Positions 1 to 12,200 of a stretch of 64,000 nt of DNA are shown piece by piece. The position numbers and the translations under genes were made by a program. The notes under the pieces are model-generated. The model was not told the origin of the DNA. It did not search any database and saw only the letters and a list, made by a program, of their open reading frames with translations. Source of the stretch: Eledone cirrhosa. Its lineage: Eukaryota. The stretch is from positions 124,001 to 188,000 of the forward strand of contig CAXHJY010001551.1 of assembly GCA_964016885.1 (NCBI GenBank), read 5' to 3'. Within the stretch, counting starts at the first letter, position 1. Each line of letters begins with the position of its first letter.

Positions 1-2149
1 AGCTATCCTAAGCTAAGCTAAGCTAAGCTATCCTAAGCTAAGCTAAGCTATCCTAAGCTAAGCTAAGCTAAGCTACCTAAGCTAAGCTAAGCTAAGCTAT
101 CCTAAGCTAAGCTAAGATAAGCTATCCTAAGCTAAGCTAAGCTATCCTAAGCTAAGCTAAGCTAAGCTATCCTAAGCTAAGCTAAGCTAAGCTATCCTAA
201 GCTAAGCTAAGCTAAGCTATCCTAAGCTAAGCTAAGCTAAGCTTTCCTAAGCTATCCTAAGCTAAGCTATCCTAAGCTAAGCTAAGCTAAGCTATCCTAA
301 GCTAAGCTAAGCTATCCTAAGCTAAGCTAAGCTAAGCTATCCTAAGCTAAGCTATCCTAAGCTATCCTAAGCTAAGCTATCCTAAGCTATCCTAAGCTAA
401 GCTATCCTAAGCTAAGCTATCCTAAGCTAAGCTTAGCTAAGCTATCCTAAGCTAAGCTAAGCTAAGCTATCCTAAGCTAAGCTAAGCTAAGTTATGCTAA
501 GCTATCCTAAGCTATCCTAAGCTAAGCTATCCTAAGCTATCCTAAGCTAAGCTATCCTAAGCTAAGCTATCCTAAGCTAAGCTATCCTAAGCTATCCTAA
601 GCTAAGCTATCCTAAGCTATCCTAAGCTAAGCTATCCTAAACTATCCTAAGCTAAGCTAAGCTAAGCTATCCTAAGCTAAGCTAAGCTAAGCTATCCTAA
701 GCTAAGCTAAGCTAAGCTATCCTAAGCTAAGCTAAGCTAAGCTATCCTAAGCTAAGCTAAGCTAAGCTATCCTAAGCTCTCCTAAGCTAAGCTATCCTAA
801 GCTAAGCTATCCTAAGCTAAGCTATCCTAAGCTATCCTAAGCTAAGCTTTCCTAAGCTAAGCTCTCCTAAGGTAAGCTATCCTAAGCTATCCTAAGCTAA
901 GCTATCCTAAGCTATCCTAAGCTCAGCTAAGCTAAGCTATCCTAAGCTAAGCTAAGCTAAGCTATCCTAAGCTAAGCTAAGCTAAGCTATCCTAAGCTAA
1001 GCTAAGCTAAGCTATCCTAAGCTAAGCTAAGCTAAGCTATCCTAAGCTAAGCTAAGCTAAGCTCTCCTAAGCTAAGCTAAGCTAAGCTATCCTAAGCTAA
1101 GCTAAGCTAAGCTATCCTAAGCTAAGCTAAGCTATCCTAAGCTAAGCTAAGCTATCCTAAGCTAAGCTAAGCTAAGCTATCCTAAGCTAAGCTAAGCTAA
1201 GCTATCCTAAGCTAAGCTAAGCTAAGCTATCCTAAGCTAAGCTAAGCTATCCTAAGCTAAGCTAAGCTAAGCTAAGCTAAGCTATCCTAAGCTAAGCTAT
1301 CCTAAGCTAAGCTAAGCTAAGCTATCCTAAGCTAAGCTAAGCTAAGCTATCCTAAGCTAAGCTAAGCTATCCTAAGCTAATCTAAGCTAAGCTATCCTAA
1401 GCTAAGCTAAGCTAAGCTATCCTAAGCTAAGCTAAGCTAAGCTATCCTAAGCTATCCTAAGCTAAGCTAAGCTAAGCTATCCTAAGCTAAGCTAAGCTAA
1501 GCTATCCTAAGCTAAGCTAAGCTAAGCTATCCTAAGCTAAGCTAAGCTATCCTAAGCTAAGCTAAGCTAAGCTATCCTAAGCTAAGCTAAGCTAAGCTAT
1601 CCTAAGCTAAGCTAAGCTAAGCTATCCTAACTAAGCTAAGCTATCCTAAGCTAAGCTATCCTAAGCTATCCTAAGCTAAGCTATCCTAAGCTATCCTAAG
1701 CTAAGCTAAGCTAAGCTAACCTAAGCTAAGCTATCCTAAGCTAAGCTATCCTAAGCTAAGCTATCCTAAGCTAAGCTAAGCTAAGCTATCCTAAGCTAAG
1801 CTAAGCTAAGCTATCCTAAGCTAATCTAAGCTAAGCTATCCTAAGCTAAGCTAAGCTAAGCTATCCTAAGCTAAGCTAAGCTATCCTAAGCTAAGCTAAG
1901 CTATCCTAAGCTAAGCTAAGCTAAGCTATCCTAAGCTAAGCTAAGCCAAGCTATCCTAAGCTAAGCTAAGCTAAGCTAAGCTATCCTAAGCTATCCTAAG
2001 CTAAGCTATCCTAAGCTAAGCTATCCTAAGCTATCCTAAGCTAAGCTATCCTAAGCTAAGCTATCCTAAGCTATCCTAAGCTAAGCTATCCTAAGCTATC
2101 CTAAGCTAAGCTATCCTAAGCTATCCTAAGCTAAGCTATCCTAAGCTAT

Positions 2150-4700
2150 CCTAAGCTAAGCTAAGCTAAGCTAAGCTAAGCTATCCTAAGCTAAGCTAAG
2201 CTAAGCTATCCTAAGCTAAGCTAAGCTAAGCTATCCTAAGCTATCCTAAGCTAAGCTATCCTAAGCTAAGCTATCCTAAGCTATCCTAAGCTATCCTAAG
2301 CTATCCTAAGCTAAGCTATCCTAAGCTAAGCTATCCTAAGCTATCCTAAGCTAAGCTATCCTAAGCTAAGCTAAGCTAAGCTATCCTAAGCTAAGCTAAG
2401 CTAAGCTAAGCTATCCTAAGCTAAGCTAAGCTATCCTAAGCTAAGCTAAGCTAAGCTAAGCTATCCTAAGCTAAGCTAAGCTATCCCAAGATAAGCTAAG
2501 CTAAGCTATCCTAAGCTAAGCTAAGCTATCCTAAGCTAAGCTAAGCTAAGCTATCCTAAGCTAAGCTAAGCTAAGCTATCCTAAGCTAAGCTAAGCTAAG
2601 CTATCCTAAGCTAAGTTAAGCTAAGCTATACTAAGCTAAGCTAAGCTAAGCTATCCTAAGCTAAGCTAAGCTAAGCTATCCTAAGCTATCCTAAGCTATC
2701 CTAAGCTAAGCTAAGCTAAGCTATCCTAAGCTAAGCTAAGCTATCCTAAGCTATCCTAAGCTATGCTATCCTAAGCTAAGCTATCTTAAGCTATCCTAAG
2801 CTAAGCTATCCTAAGCTATCCTAAGCTAAGCTGTCCTAAGCTAAGCTATCCTAAGCTAACCTAAGCTAAGCTATCCTAAGCTAAGCTATCCTAAGCTGTC
2901 CTAAGCTAAGCTATCCTAAGCTATCCTAAGCTAAGCTAAGCTAAGCTATCCTAAGCTAAGCTAAGCTAAGCTATCCTAAGCTAAGCTAAGCTAAGCTATC
3001 CTAAGCAAAGCTAAGCTAAGCTATCCTAAGCTATCCTAAGCTAAGCTATCCTAAGCTAAGCTATCCTAAGCTATCCTAAGCTAAGCTATCCTAAGCTAAG
3101 CTATCCTAAGCTAAGCTATCCTAAGCTATCCTAAGCTAAGCTATCCTAAGCTATCCTAAGCTAAGCTAATCTAAGCTATCCTAAGCTAAGCTAAGCTAAG
3201 CTATCCTAAGCTAAGCTAAGCTAAGCTATCCTAAGCCATCCTAAGCTAAGCTATCCTAAGCTAAGCTATCCTAAGCTATCCTAAGCTAAGCTATCCTAAG
3301 CTAAGCTATCCTAAGCTATCCTAAGCTAAGCTATCCTAAGTTATCCTAAGCTAAGCTATCCTAAGCTATCCTAAGCTAAGCTATCCTAAGCTATCCTAAG
3401 CTAAGCTAAGCTAAGCTATCCTAAGCTAAGCTAAGCTAAGCTAAGCTATCCTAAGCTAAGCTAAGCTAAGCTATCCTAAGCTAAGCTAAGCTAAGCTATC
3501 CTAAGCTATCCTAAGCTAAGCTATCCTAAGCTAAGCTATCCTAAGCTATCCTAAGCTATCCTAAGCTATCCTAAGCTAAGCTATCCTAAGCTAAGCTATC
3601 CTAAGCTATCCTAAGCTAAGCTATCCTAAGCTAAGCTAAGCTAAGCTATCCTAAGCTAAGCTAAGCTAAGCTAAGCTATCCTAAGCTAAGCTAAGCTATC
3701 CTAAGCTAAGCTAAGCTAAGCTATCCTAAGCTAAGCTAAGCTATCCCAAGATAAGCTAAGCTAAGCTATCCTAAGCTAAGCTAAGCTAAGCTATCCTAAG
3801 CTAAGCTAAGCTAAGCTATCCTAAGCTAAGCTAAGCTAAGCTATCCTAAGCTAAGCTAAGCTAAGCTATCCTAAGCTAAGTTAAGCTAAGCTATACTAAG
3901 CTAAGCTAAGCTAAGCTATCCTAAGCTAAGCTAAGCTAAGCTATCCTAAGCTATCCTAAGCTATCCTAAGCTATCCTAAGCTATCCTAAGCTAAGCTAAG
4001 CTAAGCTATCCTAAGCTAAGCTAAGCTATCCTAAGCTATCCTAAGCTATGCTATCCTAAGCTAAGCTATCTTAAGCTATCCTAAGCTAAGCTATCCTAAG
4101 CTATCCTAAGCTAAGCTATCCTAAGCTAAGCTATCCTAAGCTAACCTAAGCTAAGCTATCCTAAGCTAAGCTATCCTAAGCTGTCCTAAGCTAAGCTATC
4201 CTAAGCTATCCTAAGCTAAGCTAAGCTAAGCTATCCTAAGCTAAGCTAAGCTAAGCTATCCTAAGCTAAGCTAAGCTAAGCTATCCTAAGCAAAGCTAAG
4301 CTAAGCTATCCTAAGCTATCCTAAGCTAAGCTATCCTAAGCTAAGCTATCCTAAGCTAAGCTATCCTAAGCTATCCTAAGCTAAGCTATCCTAAGCTAAG
4401 CTATCCTAAGCTAAGCTATCCTAAGCTATCCTAAGCTAAGCTATCCTAAGCTATCCTAAGCTAAGCTAATCTAAGCTATCCTAAGCTAAGCTAAGCTAAG
4501 CTATCCTAAGCTAAGCTAAGCTAAGCTATCCTAAGCCATCCTAAGCTAAGCTATCCTAAGCTAAGTTATCCTAAGCTATCCTAAGCTAAGCTATCCTAAG
4601 CTAAGCGATCCTAAGCTATCCTAAGCTAAGCTATCCTAAGCTATCCTAAGCTAAGCTATCCTAAGCTATCCAAAGCTAAGCTATCCTAAGCTATCCTAAG
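2150..4700 (+). repeat. Tandem duplication, unit ~1.26-1.30 kb (2 copies)
   Basis: Same ordered rare variants recur: CCCAAGATAAG ~2485/~3745, GTTAAG..TATAC ~2615/~3880, GCAAAG ~3005/~4290, GCCATC ~3235/~4535. Confidence 0.9.
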
Positions 4701-5449
4701 CTAAGCTAAGCTATCCTAAGCTAAGCTAAGCTAAGCTATCCTAAGCTAAGCTAAGCTAAGCTATCCTAAGCTAAGCTAAGCTAAGCTATCCTAAGCTAAG
4801 CTAAGCTAAGCTATCCTAAGCTATCCTAAGCTAAGCTATCCTAAGCTAAGATATCCTAAGCTATCCTAAGCTAAGCTATCCTAATCTATCCTAAGCTAAG
4901 CTATCCTAAGCTATCCTAAGCTAAGCTATCCTAAGCTATCCAAAGCTAAGCTATCCTAAGCTATCCTAAGCTAAGCTAAGCTAAGCTATCCTAAGCTAAG
5001 CTGAGCTAAGCTATCCTAAGCTAAGCTAAGCTAAGCTATCCTAAGCTAAGCTAAGCTAAGCTATCCTAAGCTATCCTAAGCTAAGCTATCCTAAGCTATC
5101 CTAAGCTAAGCTATCCTAAGCTATCCTAAGCTAAGCTAAACTAAGCTATCCTAAGCTAAGCTAAGCTAAGCTATCCAAAGCTATCCTAAGCTAAGCTATC
5201 CTAAGCTAAGCTATCCTAAGCTATCCTAAGCTAAGCTATCATAAGCTATCCTAAGCTAAGCTATCCTAAGCTAAGCTATCCTAGGCTAAGCTATCCTAAG
5301 TTATCCTAAGCTAAGCTATCCTAAGCTATCCTAAGCTAAGCTATCCTAAGCTATCCTAAGCTAAGCTAAGCTATCCTAAGCTAAGCTAAGCTAAGCTAAG
5401 CTATCCTAAGCTAAGCTAAGCTAAGCTATCCTAAGCTAAGCTAAGCTAA

Positions 5450-8400
5450 GCTAAGCTAAGCTAAGCTATCCTAAGCTAAGCTAAGCTAAGCTATCCTAAG
5501 CTAAGCTAAGCTATCCTAAGCTAAGCTAAGCTAAGCTGTCCTAAGCTAAGCTAAGCTAAGCTATCCTAAGCTAAGCTAAGCTAAGCTATCCTAAGCTAAG
5601 CTAAGCTATCCTAAGCTAAGCTAAGCTAAGCTATCCTAAGCTAAGCTAAGCTAAGCTATCCTAAGCTAAGCTAAGCTAAGCTATCCTAAGCTATCCTAAG
5701 CTATCCTAAGCTAAGCTATCCTAAGCTATCCTAAGCTAAGCTATCCTAAGCTATCCTAAGCTAAGCTAAGCTAAGCTATCCTAAGCTAAGCTAAGCTAAG
5801 CTATCCTAAGCTAAGCTAATCTAAGCTATCCTAAGCTAAGCTAAGCTAAGCTATCCTAAGCTATCCTAAGCTAAGCTATCCTAAGCTAAGCTATCCTAAG
5901 CTATCCTAAGCTAAGCTATCCTAAGCTATCCTAAGCTAAGCTATCCTAAGCTAAGCTATCCTAAGCTATCCTAAGCTAAGCTATCCTAAGCTATCCTAAG
6001 CTAAGCTATCCTAAGCTTAGCTAAGCTAAGCTAAGCAAACCTAAGCTAAGCTATCCTAAGCTAAGCTAAGCTAAGCTATCCTAAGCTAAGCTAAGCTATC
6101 CTAAGCTATCCTAAGCTAAGCTATCCTAAGCTAAGCTATCCTAAGCTAAGCTATCCTAAGCTATCCTAAGCTAAGCTATCCTAAGCTAAGCTCTCCTAAG
6201 GTAAGCTATCCTAAGCTATCCTAAGCTAAGCTATCCTAAGCTATCCTAAGCTAAGCTAAGCTAAGCTAAGCTCTCCTAAGCTAAGCTAAGCTAAGCTATC
6301 CTAAGCTAAGCTAAGCTAAGCTAAGCTAAGCTATCCTAAGCTAAGCTAAGCTAAGCTACCTAAGCTAAGCTAAGCTAAGCTATCCTAAGCTAAGCTAAGC
6401 TAAGCTATCCTAAGCTAAGCTAAGCTAAGCTCTCCTAAGCTAAGCTAAGCTAAGCTATCCTAAGCTAAGCTAAGCTTTCCTAAGCTAAGCTAAGCTAAGC
6501 TATCCTAAGCTAAGCTAATCTATCCTAAGCTAAGCTAAGCTAAGCTATCCTAAGCTAAGCTAAGCTAAGCTATCCTAAGCTAAGCTAAGCTAAGCTATCC
6601 TAAGATAAGCTAAGCTAAGCTATCCTAAGCTAAGCTAAGCTAAGCTATCCTAAGCTAAGCTAAGCTATCCTAAGCTAAGCTAAGCTAAGCTATCCTAAGC
6701 TAAGCTAAGCTATCCTAAGCTAAGCTAAGCTAAGCTATCCTAAGCTAAGCTAAGCTAAGCTATCCTAAGCTATCCTAAGCTAAGCTATCCTAAGCTAAGC
6801 TATCCTAAGCTATCCTAAGCTAAGCTATCCTAAGCTAAGCTAAGCTAAGCTATCCTAAGCTAAGCTAAGCAATCCTAAGCTAAGCTAAGCTAAGCTATCC
6901 TAAGCTAAGCTAAGCTAAGCTATCCTAAGCTAAGCTAAGCTAAGCTATCCTAAGCTAAGCTAAGCTAAGCTATCCTAAGCTAAGCTAAGCTAAGCTATCC
7001 TAAGCTAAGCTAAGCTAAGCTATCCTAAGCTATCCTAAGCTATCCTAAGCTAAGCTAAGCTAAGCTATCCTAAGCTAAGCTAAGCTAAGCTATCCTAAGC
7101 TAAGCTAAGCTAAGCTATCCTAAGCTATGCTAAGCTATCCTAAGCTAAGCTAAGCTAAGCTATCCTAAGCTAAGCTAAGCTAAGCTAAGCTATCCTAAGC
7201 TATCCTAAGCTAAGCTATCCTAAGCTAAGCTAAGCTAAGCTATCCTAAGCTAAGCTAAGCTAAGCTATCCTAAGCTAAGCTAAGCTAAGCTATCCTAAGC
7301 TAAGCTAAGCTAAGCTATCCTAAGCTAAGCTATCCTAAGCTATCCTAAGCTAAGCTAAGCTAAGCTAACCTAAGCTAAGCTATCCTAAGCTAAGCTATCC
7401 TAAGCTAAGCTATCCTAAGCTAAGCTAAGCTAAGCTATCCTAAGCTAAGCTAAGCTAAGCTATCCTAAGCTAAGCTAAGCTATCCTAAGCTAAGCTAAGC
7501 TAAGCTGTCCTAAGCTAAGCTAAGCTAAGCTATCCTAAGCTAAGCTAAGCTAAGCTATCCTAAGCTAAGCTAAGCTATCCTAAGCTAAGCTAAGCTAAGC
7601 TATCCTAAGCTAAGCTAAGCTAAGCTATCCTAAGCTAAGCTAAGCTAAGCTATCCTAAGCTATCCTAAGCTATCCTAAGCTAAGCTATCCTAAGCTATCC
7701 TAAGCTAAGCTATCCTAAGCTATCCTAAGCTAAGCTAAGCTAAGCTATCCTAAGCTAAGCTAAGCTAAGCTATCCTAAGCTAAGCTAAGCTAAGCTATCC
7801 TAAGCTAAGCTAAGCTAAGCTACCCTAAGCTATCCTAAGCTAAGCTATCCTAAGCTAAGCTATCCTAAGCTATCCTAAGCTAAGCTATCCTAAGCTATCC
7901 TAAGCTAAGCTATCCTAAGCTAAGCTATCCTAAGCTATCCTAAGCTAAGCTATCCTAAGCTATCCTAAGCTAAGCTATCCTAAGCTAAGCTAAGCTAAGC
8001 TAAGCTAACCTAAGCTAAGCTATCCTAAGCTAAGCTAAGCTAAGCTATCCTAAGCTAAGCTAAGCTAAGCTATCCTAAGCTATCCTAAGCTAAGCTATCC
8101 TAAGCTAAGCTCTCCTAAGGTAAGCTATCCTAAGCTATCCTAAGCTAAGCTATCCTAAGCTATCCTAAGCTAAGCTAAGCTAAGCTCTCCTAAGCTAAGC
8201 TAAGCTAAGCTATCCTAAGCTAAGCTAAGCTAAGCTAAGCTATCCTAAGCTAAGCTAAGCTAAGCTACCTAAGCTAAGCTAAGCTAAGCTATCCTAAGCT
8301 AAGCTAAGCTAAGCTATCCTAAGCTAAGCTAAGCTAAGCTCTCCTAAGCTAAGCTAAACTAAGCTATCCTAAGCTAAGCTAAGCTTTCCTAAGCTAAGCT

Positions 8401-8900
8401 AAGCTAAGCTATCCTAAGCTAAGCTAATCTATCCTAAGCTAAGCTAAGCTAAGCTATCCTAAGCTAAGCTAAGCTAAGCTATCCTAAGCTAAGCTAAGCT
8501 AAGCTATCCTAAGCTAAGCTAAGCTAAGCTATCCTAAGCTAAGCTAAGCTATCCTAAGCTAAGCTAAGCTAAGCTATCCTAAGCTAAGCTAAGCTATCCT
8601 AAGCTAAGCTAAGCTATCCTAAGCTATCCTAAGCTATCCTAAGCTAAGCTAAGCTAAGCTATCCTAAGCTAAGCTAAGCTAAGCTATCCTAAGCTAAGCT
8701 AAGCTAAGCTATCCTAAGCTAAGCTAAGCTAAGCTATCCTAAGCTAAGCTAAGCTAAGCAATCCTAAGCTATCCTAAGCTAAGCTATCCTAAGCTAAGCT
8801 AAGCTAAGCTATCCTAAGCTAAACTAAGCTAAGCTAACCTAAGCTAAGCTAAGCTAAGCTATCCTAAGCTAAGCTATCCTAAGCTATCCTAAGCTAAGCT
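5450..8900 (+). repeat. Tandem duplication, unit ~1.9-2.0 kb (second copy partial/diverged)
   Basis: Recurring markers: CTGTCC ~5537/~7506, CTCTCCTAAGGT ~6191/~8110, 1-bp deletion GCTACC 6358/8267, followed by CTCTC, TTTCC and AATCTAT in the same order. Confidence 0.8.
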
Positions 8901-8949
8901 AAGCTAAGCTAACCTAAGCTAAGCTATCCTAAGCTAAGCTATCCTAAGC

Positions 8950-11900
8950 TATCCTAAGCTAAGCTAAGCTATCCTAAGCTAAGCTAAGCTAAGCTAAGCT
9001 ATCCTAAGCTAAGCTATGCTAAGCTAAGCTATCCTAAGCTAAGCTAAGCTAAGCTATCCTAAGCTAAGCTAAGCTAAGCTATCCTAAGCTAAGCTAAGCT
9101 ATCCTAAGCTAAGCTAAGCTAAGCTATCCTAAGCTAAGCTAAGCTATCCTAAGCTAAGCTAAGCTAAGCTAAGCTAAGCTATCCTAAGCTAAGCTAAGCT
9201 AAGCTATCCTAAGCTAAGCTAAGCTAAGCTATCCTAAGCTAAGCTAAGCTATCCTAAGCTAAGCTAAGCTATCCTAAGCTAAGCTAAGCTAAGCTATCCT
9301 AAGCTAAGCTAAGCTAAGCTATCCTAAGCTAAGCTAAGCTAAGCTATCCTAAGCTAAGCTAAGCTAAGCTATCCTAAGCTAAGCTAAGCTATCCTAAGCT
9401 AAGCTAAGCTATCCTAAGCTAAGCTAAGCTAAGCTATCCTAAGCTAAGCTAAGCTAAGCTATCCTAAGCTATCCTAAGCTAAGCAATCCTAAGCTAAGCT
9501 AAGCTGAGCTATCCTAAGCTAAGCTAAGCTATCCGAAGCTAAGCTAAGCTAAGCTATCCTAAGCTAAGCTATCCTAAGCTATCCTAAGCTAAGCTATCCT
9601 AAGCTAAGCTATCCTAAGCTAAGCTATCCTAAGCTATCCTAAGCTAAGCTATCCTAAGCTAAGCTAAGCTAAGCTATCCTAAGCTAAGCTAAGCTAAGCT
9701 ATCATAAGCTAAGCTAAGCTATCCTAAGCTAAGCTAAGCTAAGCTATCCTAAGCTAAGCTAAGCTAAGTTATCCTAAGCTAAGCTAAGCTAAGCTATCCT
9801 AAGCTATCCTAAGCTAAGCTATCCTAAGCTAAGCTATCCTAAGCTAAGCTATCCTAAGCTATCCTAAGCTAAGCTAAGCTAAGCTATCCTAAGCTAAGCT
9901 AAGCTAAGCTATCCTAAGCTAAGCTAAGCTAAGCTAAGCTAAGCTATCCTACGCTAAGCTAAGCTATCCTAAGCTAAGCTAAGCTAAGCTATCCTAAGCT
10001 AAGCTAAGCTAAGCTCTCCTAAGCTAAGCTAAGCTAAGCTAAGCTATCCTAAGCTAAGCTAAGCTATCCTAAGCTAAGCTAAGCTAAGCTATCCTAAGCT
10101 AAGCTAAGCTATCCTAAGCTAAGCTAAGCTAAGCTATCCTAAGCTAAGCTAAGCTAAGCTATCCTAAGCTAAGCTAAGCTATCCTAAGCTAAGCTAAGCT
10201 AAGCTATCCTAAGCTAAGCTAAGCTATCCTAAGCTATCCTAAGCTATCCTAAGCTAAGCTAAGCTAAGCTATCCTAAGCTAAGCTATCCTAAGCTATCCT
10301 AAGCTAAGCTAAGCTAAGCTAACCTAAGCTAAGCTATCCTAAGCTAAGCTATCCTAAGCTAAGCTATCCTAAGCTAAGCTAAGCTAAGCTATCCTAAGCT
10401 AAGCTAAGCTATCCTAAGCTAAGCTAAGCTAAGCTATCCTAAGCTAAGCTAAGCTAAGCTATCCTAAGCTAAGCTATCCTAAGCTATCCTAAGCTAAGCT
10501 ATCCTAAGCTATCCTAAGCTAAGCTATCCTAAGCTATCCTAAGCTAAGCTAAGCTAAGCTATCCTAAGCTAAGCTAAGCTAAGCTATCCTAAGCTAAGCT
10601 AAGCTAAGCTATCCTAAGCTATCCTAAGCTAAGCTATCCTAAGCTAAGCTATCCTAAGCTAAGCTATCCTAAGCTATGCTAAGCTAAGCTATCCTAAGCT
10701 AAGCTATCCTAAGCTATTCTAAGCTAAGCTATCCTAAGCTATCCTAAGCTAAGCTAAGCTATCCTAAGCTAAGCTAAGCTAAGCTAAGCTATCCTAAGCT
10801 AAGCTATGCTAAGCTAAGCTATCCTAAGCTAAGCTAAGCTAAGCTATCCTAAGCTAAGCTAAGCTAAGCTATCCTAAGCTAAGCTAAGCTATCCTAAGCT
10901 AAGCTAAGCTAAGCTATCCTAAGCTAAGCTAAGCTATCCTAAGCTAAGCTAAGCTAAGCTAAGCTATCCTAAGCTAAGCTAAGCTAAGCTATCCTAAGCT
11001 AAGCTAAGCTAAGCTATCCTAAGCTAAGCTAAGCTAAGCTATCCTAAGCTAAGCTAAGCTATCCTAAGCTAAGCTAAGCTAAGCTATCCTAAGCTAAGCT
11101 AAGCTATCCTAAGCTAAGCTAAGCTAAGCTATCCTAAGCTAAGCTAAGCTAAGCTATCCTAAGCTAAGCTAAGCTATCCTAAGCTAAGCTAAGCTAAGCT
11201 ATCCTAAGCTAAGCTAAGCTAAGCTATCCTAAGCTATCCTAAGCTAAGCAATCCTAAGCTAAGCTAAGCTGAGCTATCCTAAGCTAAGCTAAGCTATCCG
11301 AAGCTAAGCTAAGCTAAGCTATCCTAAGCTAAGCTATCCTAAGCTATCCTAAGCTAAGCTATCCTAAGCTAAGCTATACTAAGCTATCCTAAGCTAAGCT
11401 ATCCTAAGCTAAGCTAAGCTAAGCTATCCTAAGCTAAGCTAAGCTAAGCTATCATAAGCTAAGCTAAGCTATCCTAAGCTAAGCTAAGCTAAGCTATCCT
11501 AAGCTAAGCAAAGCTAAGTTATCCTAAGCTAAGCTAAGCTAAGCTATCCTAAGCTATCCTAAGCTAAGCTATCCTAAGCTAAGCTATCCTAAGGTAAGCT
11601 ATCCTAAGCTATCCTAAGCTAAGCTATCCTAAGCTATCCTAAGCTAAGCTAAGCTAAGCTATCCTAAGCTAAGCTAAGCTAAGCTATCCTAAGCTAAGCT
11701 AAGCTAAGCTAAGCTAAGCTAAGCTAAGCTATCCTAAGCTAAGCTAAGCTATCCTAAGCTAAGCTAAGCTATCCTAAGCTAAGCTAAACTAAGCTCTCCT
11801 AAGCTAAGCTAAGCTAAGCTATCCTAAGCTTAGCTAAGCTATCCTAAGCTAAGCTAAGCTAAGCTATCCTAAGCTAAGCTAAGCTATCCTAAGCTAAGCT

Positions 11901-12200
11901 AAGCTAAGCTATCCTAAGCTAAGCTAAGCTAAGCTATCCTAAGCTAAGCTAAGCTAAGCTATCCTAAGCTAAGCTAAGCTATCCTAAGCTAAGCTAAGCT
12001 AAGCTATCCTAAGCTAAGCTAAGCTAAGCTATCCTAAGCTAAGCTAAGCTAAGCTATCCTAAGCTATCCTAAGCTATCCTAAGCTAAGCTAAGCTATCCT
12101 AAGCTAAGCTAAGCTAAGCTATCCTAAGCTAAGCTAAGCTATCCTAAGCTAAGCTAAGCTAAGCTATCCTAAGCTAAGCTAAGCTATCCTAAGCTAAGCT
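8950..12200 (+). repeat. Diverged tandem pair, spacing ~1.76 kb (also at ~25.4-28.6, ~29.3-32.6 and ~59.7-62.9 kb)
   Basis: The marker triplet GCAAT..GCTGAG..CCGAAG occurs at 9533/11298, 25971/27721, 29931/31696 and 60236/62001 (spacings 1765, 1750, 1765, 1765). Confidence 0.85.
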